From Callorhinchus milii (lineage: Eukaryota), in contig NW_024704742.1 in the NCBI RefSeq assembly GCF_018977255.1, forward strand, positions 14,138,001 through 14,202,000: DNA of 64,000 bases, read 5' to 3'. A model generated the notes under the pieces. It was not told the origin of the DNA. It worked only from the letters and a program-made list of their open reading frames with translations, and searched no databases. The position numbers and the translations under genes were made by a program. Positions 38,390 through 49,202 of the stretch are shown here, piece by piece (the first letter of the stretch is position 1; each line of letters starts with the position of its first letter).

Positions 38390-38790
38390 CACAAGATCAC
38401 AAGAGCGATTTGGTTGAGGAAGGTTCTTCAGCCCATCAGATCTCATCCTTCAGAATACCCACCCTATTGTCCTCCTATCACAGCATCAAGCTGTTTTATA
38501 AATATGTCCTGTGTCCTCACATCAACGACACTTCACTCCTGACATTAAGGCCAGCAGGCCAAATCATCTGTTCCATTTGATGATTTCCTTCTGGAAAAAT
38601 AAATGCTTCCTGGTGTCTGTCCTAAAATTGTCCTTTGCATCCTTAAACCTGTGCCCCCTTATTGTGCTGTCTGAGTGCATCCAAAAGTATTATTTTGGGT
38701 TTACTTTCTCAATGCCTTTTGAAATCTTGCATCCCAATATACGGTTCCTTTAGAGACAGCTCTGTTGAAGGCCATATCATGCCTTTGATA
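38390..38790 (-). mobile_element. Old CR1-like 3' fragment (second family)
   Basis: TTCTTCAGCCCATCAGATCTCATCCTTCAGAATA end motif, also seen near 47880, 52430 and 53290. Confidence 0.6.
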
Positions 38791-39924
38791 CTCAGTGATC
38801 ACAGTTTCTGACTTTAACATGTTGAGTGATAGGTCAAATTTTACCGGATAATAATAGTAATAATAAAACTGACATTTGGTATAACACTTTTTACATCAGA
38901 AGGATGTGCCTAGAGCGCCTCACAAGTTATAGTGTAAAGTGCAGTGACTGTATATGTTTTGTGGGTGAAAGACAATTCACCCACAACTGTCACTAGACAG
39001 CCTGAAAATTGTCACCTCCTCTTTTTCACTGTGCCAGCCAGATACCTTTGGCAGAATTCTCCTCTGTATCTCACCAAGGGATTTGAACATAGCTTTTACA
39101 GTTCAGACTCAATTATATTTGAGCAAATACACTATGAGTTTTAGAAATTAAGAAAACACAGCTATTTTCGAGTTGGTCATATGCTGGGCTGTGTGAGGAT
39201 TTTGTATTCCCTCATTCAGCAGAATAGAGAAATATACTTTGCTTAGAAATGCGTTGTCATCTGCATAAAGCCTAATGTATCTAAGCAGTGACTCAGTCAG
39301 TACAGCGTGATGTACAGAGATCACCTGAACAATCAGGAATTATTGAACAATGAGTTTCGCTTTTGTTTTTTTCCATCTCAGTTTTACTGTATATTTTCTC
39401 AGTATTCTGTGCAGATCTATTGCTGTTGAGATCCAGTCAGGCATGTTGTGGCTTGAACATGACAAGCCTCATGGTCCAGTTAAAGATAACTTTTGCTGAG
39501 TTTTGATAGGTGACAGCTTTGATAGCTTCAAGCTTTTCATTATTAGCTGATGCTGTGCCTGCTTCATGAGAAGCTGTTTGCCAGGTAAGAGTCTTAACCA
39601 TAACCTGAGCCTTTTACAAGGCCCGCAGCAAAGTAGAGCTCAAACCAGTGATCAATTCAGTTCAGATCCGGATCCAGTGATACAGAGGTCACCCAAAGCA
39701 GAGATTGTATGATGCTGCCAAATAATAATGTTCATAGCTTAAGAGACTGATAGGAAGTCACAAAAGCAATTAAGCAGAAAGTAGGCAGCAGAGTGCTCTT
39801 ATAATTTTTAAAAGTACTTAAAGGATTGCTAGAAAAGACATATTCTTCCTATTTTAAGGCAAGTTGGAAGATATTGGAACTCATAACTTGTGTCCTATGA
39901 AAGTTTAAAAGGGGAAACAGCCTT

Positions 39925-40110
39925 CAGGAAAAATCGTTTGGAGCCTTCAGCTCAAGCAGCATCTTTAAGGAAACGATAAGTTAACATTTCAGGTTTGACC
40001 CTGAATTCTGATAAAAGTTATTCTCGATATGTTAAGCTACTTAACTTATTCAGCTGTTGATTGATCTATGGTGTATTTCAAGCACGTTCTGTCTTTATTT
40101 CAGATTTGTA
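39925..40110. mobile_element. Highly decayed Penelope-type foldback fragment
   Basis: GCAGCATCT..AGTTAACATTTCAGGTTTGACCC..TTCTGATAAAAG..ATGTTAA..TTTATTTCAGATTT has the same architecture as 18364-18512. Confidence 0.5.
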
Positions 40111-42107
40111 AAACTAAGGGGGATGGATTCAGTAAGCATTGGAGTGAAAATAAAATATAGTGCTACAATATATATAATAGATTTGATATAGAGTCTTTCA
40201 TTTTGGGAAGACATCTCAAAGTGCTTCTCGGGATTTACAGTGTACTTTGAAGGTGATTGTAACTTGTGACGTGTTAATTCTGTTTAAAAAATGTAGCCCA
40301 CACAGTCAGTGCTGAAGACATTGATCAGACAGCGAGCTCACTACTTTCCATGGATATAACCTCCCCCCACCCACCAAACATACATTTCCCCAGTCTATCA
40401 CATTGTTTGGATCTGAAGTCTCCTGCATGGCTCATTTTGGCTTGTGGAACACAGCACTGGACTGCCAGTCACATCACATAACACAACCATAAGATGTTAG
40501 AGTAAGACTAGAATTCCACTAACTGGAACTGCAAGGCTACAATTCACGAGACAGCTTCAGGCCCAACCATTATAATGGAGTTAGCAGGGAAGGCTGGGAT
40601 TAATGCACTTGTGGACCACTCAATGTCTTTACTTGTTAACTCAGCTTCTTAGCGGATTTATTTATTTGTTGGCAACCAGCAAATCAAATTGCTTGCTCTT
40701 TGGTAAGAGGTTTTTTGCACACAGGTGAGTGGTTTGGAGAGAGAGCAGGTGGTGTTTGTACTGCATGGGGGAAAGGGCTGGGCTGGAGTTGGGCGTGGCG
40801 GGGATGTTGGTCTCAAAATAAAGTTTCAATGATGCTGTCAGGCCTTGAGCTTATCGGTTAGAGTGTGTGTTCAATTCCCCCCCACCTCCCCAAACACACG
40901 CGCACACGTATGATAAGATATGATGTTTCAAAAGAAAGAACAGGAGTAGAGTGAGCAAAGCATGTGGCATTGACGCTTTTTTTTAATGTGTGTTTACATG
41001 TGTGTGTGTTTGTGTGTTGGGCACAAGGGTTTGCGTGTGTATATATGTATATAGTTATAGAGAGGTGCCCTTTATAGGGTACACCTCCGGCTCTCTACAC
41101 CGTATATAGGGCCCAGCTTTCACATTTGCCATATTTTTACCATCTTGTAACAATATTAGGCATTTCACAAAAAAAGGACCAGAAATAAAAGTACAAAAAA
41201 GTTTCCGAGCTAGCTCCTCTGGCTGATTAATTTTAGGATCCTATTAAACTGATAATACATTTGATAATAAAAATATTCCAGATCCTATTTGCTCACGGGG
41301 TATAAACGTGGAGTAAGTGCGTGTAAGATCTGCTGAGGAAGGAAATAGGTTTGAGATGGGGATAGGATAAGAAGTAAATAGCTTGGTGTTCCTTCGGGGT
41401 TAGGTATCATACTGTCACACGTCCTTCACACAAAATTGATGTGCACTGATCCATTTCATAAAGCCTCTCACTCTAATCATTTCTTGCAAGGTAGCGAAAC
41501 CCTGAATTAAAAATATAATAATATTAATGGTTTTAGTCATATTTCTCAACCATTACTGATCTGATTAAGCAGCCAATAGAATTTACATAGAAAGCTTCAG
41601 GAACTAAAACTGCAGAAATGGAACTCTTTGCCATTCTGTGCCATTGATTTTGCCATTGGCTGTGCCTAAGGTACAATGAGGTTAATATAACTGACATGAG
41701 AAAACACATCTCTGCTGTGTTTCCATGTTAAAATTTTGGCCTTTGGAAGTATGGGCAGAACTTCTCCAAGACAAATTAATATATTTTGGTAACCAGCAGT
41801 GATACATTCCTAAATGACAGCAAAACCCTCTATAACTGTTCTGAAGCTGAAAATGTTCATAGGTATAACTTTTTGTTTTATTAACCCATCACACAGACTT
41901 GTTCTGTAACAGATTTTTGACTAGAATGCATTTTCTTTTTGGTCAGTCGGATGTCTGACACATGCGGAAACCTGTCAACAGTAACGAAACAAAACTGAGA
42001 ATTCTAGGTTAGTGCCAGGGATGAAGGGGATGAGTTACGAGGATAGGCTGACCAATTTGGGCCTATATTCTCTAGAATATAGAATAATTAGAGGGGATCT
42101 TATAGAA

Positions 42108-42690
42108 ACCTTGCCATTGATATCACTGTTTGGCAAGCTTTCCCACTGCTTGACCAGCTAGGACAATGCTACCTGTTAGGGTTTTGGCTTGCAGAGTTAA
42201 CAGGAGCTGAGTGGGATGGCTCCCTACCCAATGACTGATCTACCCATCCAAGTCTTGCCAATGAGTCAGGGTGGCTGTGCTGTCATCAGCAGTGCCCTGG
42301 AATACTGCAGACCCGCTTGGCTGAGGAGCTGGACAAATTTAACCGCGACAGAGAGCTGGCTCAATTCTGACATTCCATTGCCAAACAAATCACTGTTCAG
42401 CTCCAAGGACACCCCACTTACCTCCCCCACCCACCCACCTCCCCAAGGAGGAGAGTCACTAGTTGGTCATTTGACTTCTAACAAGCCATGTTGGAGCTCT
42501 CACTAGGTGGATGCTAGGCACCAGAAACTTCCTTCGAGCTTCCTGGTGGGCAACACAGCTCAGCATGAAATGTGTGAAAACATTGCCCCCATCTTCCTGT
42601 CTGCAGCTCGGCCACAAATCCCTTCCCAGCGTGTCCCAACCAAACTGAGAGTTCCATTCATTCCATCTATACATGGAAATTCTGAAATAT
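42108..42690. repeat. Unclassified interspersed repeat, copy D
   Basis: TTGATATCACTGTTTGGCAAGCTTTCC..GCTGAGTGGGATGG..GCCAATGAG matches the reverse of 4230-4380; 42300-42520 matches 30370-30630. Confidence 0.75.
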
Positions 42691-44169
42691 TTATTGGAAT
42701 AAAATTTTTCAAGTCATGGCTCATTAATTTGGAAGTGATGAAGTGGTGAAGTCACTTATTCACTTACTGTAGTGATTTAGCTGGGTGCTCACTGGTATTA
42801 TTTTTGTTCTCAGAGGTTTTTGTTCCCACAAATATAAAGCGATGCGTTTAGAAGTTGCAAAGTATTTTTGTGGGAAAAACTCGAGAAAATAAATTTTACA
42901 CTGTAGCAATCAGTTCCTTTGGTTGTTGATAGTACAATACATAGCTATTATTTTTAATTCCCTCTTTACGTATGTGTTTACACACAGTGCTTAATGGACC
43001 CCGTCTCTATATGGAAAAGACATTCTTGTTGAACTTGACATTATAATTGTAGTACATATCATGCAGGGTTTGGATTTAATCTACAGTTATAGACTCTTTA
43101 ATGTTGTAGGGAAAAGCATTTGATAATGAATTGCCAAGAGTTCTGCTTTATTAATGATTATACAATATAGTAAACTGAAGAAAGATGCTTTTTTGATTTT
43201 TGGTAAATATCGACTGCGGCAGAGAAGACACAATCTTTTAGGGAGCCACGAATTATGGGATCATATCAGAGCCAACATTATGGCACAGCACAATACGACA
43301 TGAGGTTACTATAGTTCATTACAGGATGTCAGATTGACAATAATTCCTTGAATCTTCACACTCAGGAGTAATCAGTTTTTTACTGTAATATAAGAACAAG
43401 AATGTATTGGAGCTAGAGGGCTGTATATGTCATGAACGTGTGAGTTAAAGCTAAAGATAGGCAGACATTTCACAGAGGACAGTTTAACCTGTTCAGTAGG
43501 GATGGTGAAACGCATTTGGGGGGAGGAGCAGCAATAATAATTGCAGAGAGAATTCACAGAGAGTTCACAAAAGTGTTGATTTAATTTCGGATGAGAAAGG
43601 TCTGAGCTACTTTGAGAAGAATCTGTATCATAACAGAAAGGAAATTAATACTGTACTGTAGACACTGAGACAGAAGAGAAGATTGATGCAGAATTTCAAC
43701 AATGAAGGCAATGAAAGGTATCACTTGGGTGAAAGTGGAACTAAAATAACTATCTTTCAAGAGGGTGAAAAAGACTAAGGGCAGTCTACTAGACTGCTGG
43801 ATACAGTTAATAAGAGAGAGAAGTGATTGTTTTATTTGGAATGAGCTTCAGACGGTGGAAAATATAAACAATGGGGAACACTTAAGGATTATGTTGTTAG
43901 TTCTGATATTATGGTATAGTAGATGCAAGACAAGATAAATTAATGCCCCAGATTTCAGGGCAAATTAAGTGCTAACATTAAAGGGAAAAAAAGGTTAAAT
44001 ACGTTAGAGGATATATTTCATGAGGGTGGCAAATAGAATACATCCAGGATAATTTCAAAAAATGGACCTGTGTCTCTAAATGGGGATGATATCTATAGCG
44101 TAATTGATTTTATTTAATTGAAAGAAAAAAGTAAAGTATTAAGTAATAAATGAGGCCCTTTTTTAAAGA

Positions 44170-44332
44170 ATGGGGCCACTTGTTGAATTCAGGCTTAACT
44201 TTGAAATCAGCTTTCTGCAGTTAAAATCAGTGCGGATCTCTGACTTGGGACACCTTGCTGACGTGAAAGGCGCTATACAAATGTAAGTTGTTCTTGTTCT
44301 TAAAAGAAACTTACAGAAAACAAAGTTAAGGT
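44170..44332. mobile_element. Left part of a palindromic MITE, interrupted by an L2-tail fragment (about 44230-44300) and by the L2 at 44335; right part at about 46860-46930
   Basis: TTGAATTCAGGCTTAACTTTGAAATCAG..CAGAAAAC..AAGTTAAG on the left and TTTGCCAAATTCTGGA..GAGGTGAATCTCCTCC on the right. Confidence 0.6.
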
Positions 44333-44334
44333 TG

Positions 44335-46858
44335 TCTCTCCTTTTGCTCTGAATGCCTCCTCATCCTTGGTGATTTCAACCTTCACTTCATTCCCTCCTG
44401 CTCTACCTCGGCTGACATTTCCTCCCTTATCTCCACCCTCAATCTCTCCATCCATATCCACTCCGCCACCCACGTCCGCAGTCACCCCCTCGACCTGGTG
44501 ATCACTCAGGGTCTCACCGTCTCGGACCTCACCATCATCGACAAAGCGATCTCATACCATCACTTCATCACCCTTAACTCCTCAATCCCTCTCCCCACTA
44601 CCACCCAACCCACCTCCATCTCATACCACTCCTGGAAAAAAATCTTCCCCCCCTACCTCTCGGCTGCCTTGGAGTCATCTGAACTCCTTCCCCTCTGGGC
44701 GTCGTCCCACAATGATCTATTCTCCTCAGTCACCATTCTCCACAGCTCCCTCTCCTCCACTCTCGATTCCCGCGCTGCCCTCTCTTCCTGAACCATCTCC
44801 TATCACGCAAATCACTTTGATACACCAGCCACCTCCGCTCCCTTATAGCCCAGGCACGTTCTACTGGCTGGCTTAAATCACACCTAACTGTCCACCGGCA
44901 GATTTGGCTGGATCATGTCAAATCCTACCGCTCCACCCTCACCTCCGCTAAATCATCGTTCTACTCCAAGAGAATCTTGGAGGCTAAGAACAACCCCAAG
45001 CTCCTCTTCTCCATCACGAACCGACTCCTCTGCCCACCCTCTCACGCCTCACCCATCCTCACCTCAAATGCCAACTGCGAGGCGATGTTGGACTTCCTCA
45101 AATCCAAATTCGAGGGAATCGGCTCAGCTGCCTCTGCCACTGCAACTACTACCCCCTCCCCATGTCCTCCTCCCACCCCAGTCCTACCCACCCCTCCCTC
45201 CACACCTTTGAACCCGTCTCCCCCTCCCCTCTCATCACCACCATAACCTGTATGAAACCCACTGCCTGCTTCCTGGATCCCATCCCTACCCCCCTCCTTA
45301 CTTCCCAGCTCCACCTCCTTGCTCCTCTACTCACTGACATTGTTAACCTCTCCCTGTCCTCTGGTACTGTTCCCACCCCTTGAAAACCGCCTCTCTACTC
45401 TCTAACTACCGCCCCATCTCCAAACGCCCCTTCCTCTCCAAGGTCCTGGAACGAGTTGTTGCTTCTCAGCTTTACTCCTTCCTCTCCCACCACTACTTCT
45501 TGAACCTCTCCAATCGGCTTCTATGCCACCTCCAGCACAGAAACCGCCCTGGTCAAAGTGACAAATAACATTCTGTCCATCTGCGACCAGGGCTCCCTCT
45601 GCCTCCTTGTCCTCCTTGACCTCTCTGCTGCTTTCGACATCGTCGGCCACTCTAATCTCATCCACTTCCTTTCCTCTCACCTCAACCTCCACGGCGCTAT
45701 CCTTGATTGGTTCAGATCGTACCTCTCACACCGCCTGCACTTCATCTCCTCCACTTCACCTCTAGCTCCGGATTGTCTCGTGTGACATTCCTCAGGGCTC
45801 TGTCCTTGGTCCTCTTCAACATCTATATGCTCCCTCTTGGTGACATCATCCGCAGACATGGGGTCAACTTCCACATGTATGTGGATGACACCCAACTCTA
45901 CCTCTCTGCCTCCACTCTTGACTCCTGGACCACTGTTGTGCTGACAGAATGTCTGTCAGACATGAGGTCCTGGATGAGAGCTAACTTTCTTCAGTTGAAC
46001 GTCAACAAGACCGAGGCCCTCCTGATTAGCTCCCATCAGCGCCTCCTCACCTCAGGCGCTGACAGCATCACCATCCATGGTTGCACACTGCACATTGCTA
46101 AGCCAGTCCGGAACCTTGGGATCTTGTTCAACTCTCAACTATCCTTTCTACCCCACATTCACACCATGACCCGCTCTGCCTTCTCCCACCTCCACAACGT
46201 CTCCCGGCTCCGACACTGTCTCACACCGCAAGCCACCAAAACCCTCATACACGCTTTCATTACATCGAGGCTCGACTATGCAAACTCACTGCTTGTCAGC
46301 CTCCCCAACTCCTCCCTCCACAGGCTGCACATCATCCAGAACACCGCAGCTCGTGTCCTCTCCCGCAGTAGGCTCCGTGACCCTATCACCCCCTCCTCGC
46401 CCAACTCCACTGACTTCCCATCACACAGAGGATACAATTCAAGATCCTGGTCCTCATCTTCAAAGCCCTCCATGGCCTTGCTCCCCGCTATCTCTCCAAA
46501 CTCCTGACCCCCTACCATCCTGTTCACTCCCTCTGCTCAGCAGGCTCTGGCCTGCTTCACATCCCCTGCCTCGCTCGCCCCACTATCCCCAGCAGGCCTT
46601 CCGCCACTCTGCACCCACCCTCTGGAACTCCATCCTGTAGTCCCTCCATCTCTCCCCGTCCCTCGCCACCTTCAAGACCCACCTCAAGACTCAAGACCCT
46701 CCTCTTCGACCGTGCTTTCGATCTCCATGCTTCACCCCCTACCCTCCTCCCTCCCCCACCCCGACCCTCAGCTCGAGTCCAAAACTGTCTGTCCAGCACC
46801 TTGGGACGTCCTCCCGACGTGAAAGGCGCTATACAGATGTAATTTTGTTGTTGTTGTT
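44335..46858 (+). mobile_element. L2 LINE, about 2.5 kb; ORF2 from the EN C-terminus through RT to the 3' tail, decayed
   Basis: LGDFN-like start, LDLVIT, NYRPIS, LLDLSAAFD, YVDDTQLY, ITSRLDYANSLL, LWNS; tail GGGACGTCCTCCCGACGTGAAAGGCGC..(TTG)n. Confidence 0.95.
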
Positions 46859-47214
46859 GAAGGATTTGCCAAATTCTGGACACTATGAAATTTAACACAG
46901 TAATTCTAAACTGAGGTGAATCTCCTCCTCAGAGATGAGTTGGGGGTGAATGATCAAAGCTGAAATGTTTAATTGTTTGTTTGTTGCAACTTTCACAAGA
47001 AAATTGTTGGTATCCTCTTTCTGCAGGTGAACATTTTCTATGGGGAAAATAGAGGGTTAAAGCAAATAGTTATTTGAAAAAAGAGTGCTTAAATATTTAT
47101 CCTAGACAAGTAACACCAGATAAAATACTATTTTATTCCGTCTATTCTGCTCCAAAACTTACTTCATTCTCCAAAGAGGATCCCAACACCATATTTTTCC
47201 ATTTCTCATATAAT

Positions 47215-47345
47215 TATAATAATCCTTATATTTGATACAGAGCTTTATCACATCTTCAACATGTCTCAAAGTGCTTCACGGCACATACTGTAACGTGTAG
47301 TAACTGTATATTTTGTAGATGAAATGCGGCAGCCAATTGCGCACA
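47215..47345 (-). mobile_element. SINE 3' fragment
   Basis: ATAATAATCCTTATATTTGATAC..GCGGCAGCCAATTGCGCACA. Confidence 0.8.
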
Positions 47346-48049
47346 ATATCTGCTCTTATTGCAACCTTCCTGAGCTAGATTGCCAATTTGTTCAAATTTG
47401 AGTAGTTTTATGCTGTGAAACCATAGCCAGCAGAAATGACATTGAATCATCATTAATTCATTTCATGTAGGTGCCTTACACTTGACCCTCAGTCTCAACT
47501 CGGATTTGAGCTCAGGTCACAAAGGTGAAATGGCTGTGTGCTAACTCACCGTGTGATCTTTTTATTATGTAATTTATGGGAACTCATTAAATAATCCTTG
47601 TGTTTGCACACACAAGAAGCCCCTCATGATCCATTTGTCAACTTATCTCCCTGAAAGAAGTCAAGACAATTGAGTCTGGGATTATTATAAGTCTGGGATC
47701 TGAGACGCAACAAATTTCTGAAAATAACAAGTGGGAAAGGAGATTTGAGAACATTGATGGGCTACCTTTCTAAAGAGGAAGCAAAAGGTCAGAATAAGTT
47801 GAAATCAAGTCACCATCCCAAGATGTACCTCGTACTGTTTGTACTGACATGATGGGCCGAATTTCTGAAGCTCTAAATCACAGTCAGATTGTTTCAGATG
47901 AAGATGGCCCTCCAGCCCATTTAATCTCATCCTTCCAGAATACCCACTCTGCTGTCCTCAAAATAATTAATGGGTGTAATGTACCAGTACCAACTCAAGG
48001 TCCACCAATACTCTATCAGTTCATCTGGCAGACATCAAGGCCTGGATGA

Positions 48050-48660
48050 GTGCAAGCCTCCTGCAGCTGAATATGGAAACGACGGAAGCTCCATCAATGT
48101 CTTCACTACTGCAGATCCAAACTCCTCAACCTCCCTGGGATCTAACTCAGACTCACCAAACCAATGCGTAATCTAGGCATCTGGTTCGACCCCCAGCTGT
48201 CGTTCCTTCCCTGTATCTGATCGCTGACCAAGACCACCTTCTTCCACCTCCGCTACATTGCCCGCCTCCGACCATACTTTACCCCAAATGCAACCGAAAC
48301 CCTCGTACATGCGTTTGTTACTTCCCTCTTGGATTATTCCAATGTACTCCTTGCCGGTCTCCCCATCTCCACCATTCAAAAGATCCAACTCATTCAGAAC
48401 TCTGCTGCCTCCATATTGAACCCAACCAAACTCCGTAGCCATATCTCACTGTTCTGGCCTGGCTCCACTGGCTCCCCATCACTGAACGGATCGACTTCAA
48501 GATCCTCACGCTCGTGTTCAAATCCATCCAGTAAAACTTTCCTGTTTGACCGTGCTTACAGCCACCTCCCACTGGCTCGGAGTCAGGCTCCGCCACTGTT
48601 AAGCTCTCTGAGACTCTACCCTGCATGGAGGATGCTATATAAGTGGAAGTTGTTGTTTTT
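48050..48660 (+). mobile_element. L2 fragment (different subfamily) with internal deletion
   Basis: LDYSNVLLAGLPISTIQKIQLIQNSAA and ERIDFKIL; ends TATATAAGTGGAAGTTGTTG. Confidence 0.8.
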
Positions 48661-49089
48661 TAAATGAGAAAAGTGTCCTTATCTCAACCATCCTTCCTAG
48701 CAACCCTTTCCAGTTGAATACTACTTGGCTAAAGAAACACTTCCTGGTGTTTGCCTGAAATTACCTTTTGCAACTCTAAAGCAATGTCATTCTGTTGTCT
48801 TGGTGCATTCAAAAGTACTATTTTAGGTTTACTTTTACATAGAAATGTCTCTAGTACATAATGCAGTGTTGGAATTCTTTGTATATTGCTTGCTTTTGTT
48901 TTCTGTACCATACGGCTTGAAGCCATTATTGTATTGCAGACTGTGAATCCAATAAATAGGGCCTAAAAAACAATGATTTCAAGTGGGATTCCTTAATTAA
49001 GAAAGAGGGAAAGGTTAGAGGTTGGGTCTAGGTTCTTCCCTAATTAATTCCACAACATTAGTGAGATGACATTTTATAAAATTTGTTAT

Positions 49090-49202
49090 TTTCACCCACA
49101 AAATATACAGTCAATTCACTTTACAGTGTATTCTGTGAAGCGCTTTGAGAACATCTTGAAGACTTGATGAGGCGCTACATCGAATTTAAGGATTATTATT
49201 AT
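49090..49202 (+). mobile_element. SINE 3' fragment
   Basis: CACCCACAAAATATACAGTCAATTCACTTTACAG..AAGGATTATTATT. Confidence 0.85.

Noticed and set aside
41242..41255. 14-nt complement to U2 snRNA (TATTAAACTGATAA), suggesting a scaRNA guide or U2 fragment
   Set aside because: The match does not extend, there are no properly placed C/D boxes, and it is AT-rich and plausibly chance.
45707..46507. 266-aa ORF
   Set aside because: Frameshifted L2 ORF2 fragment.
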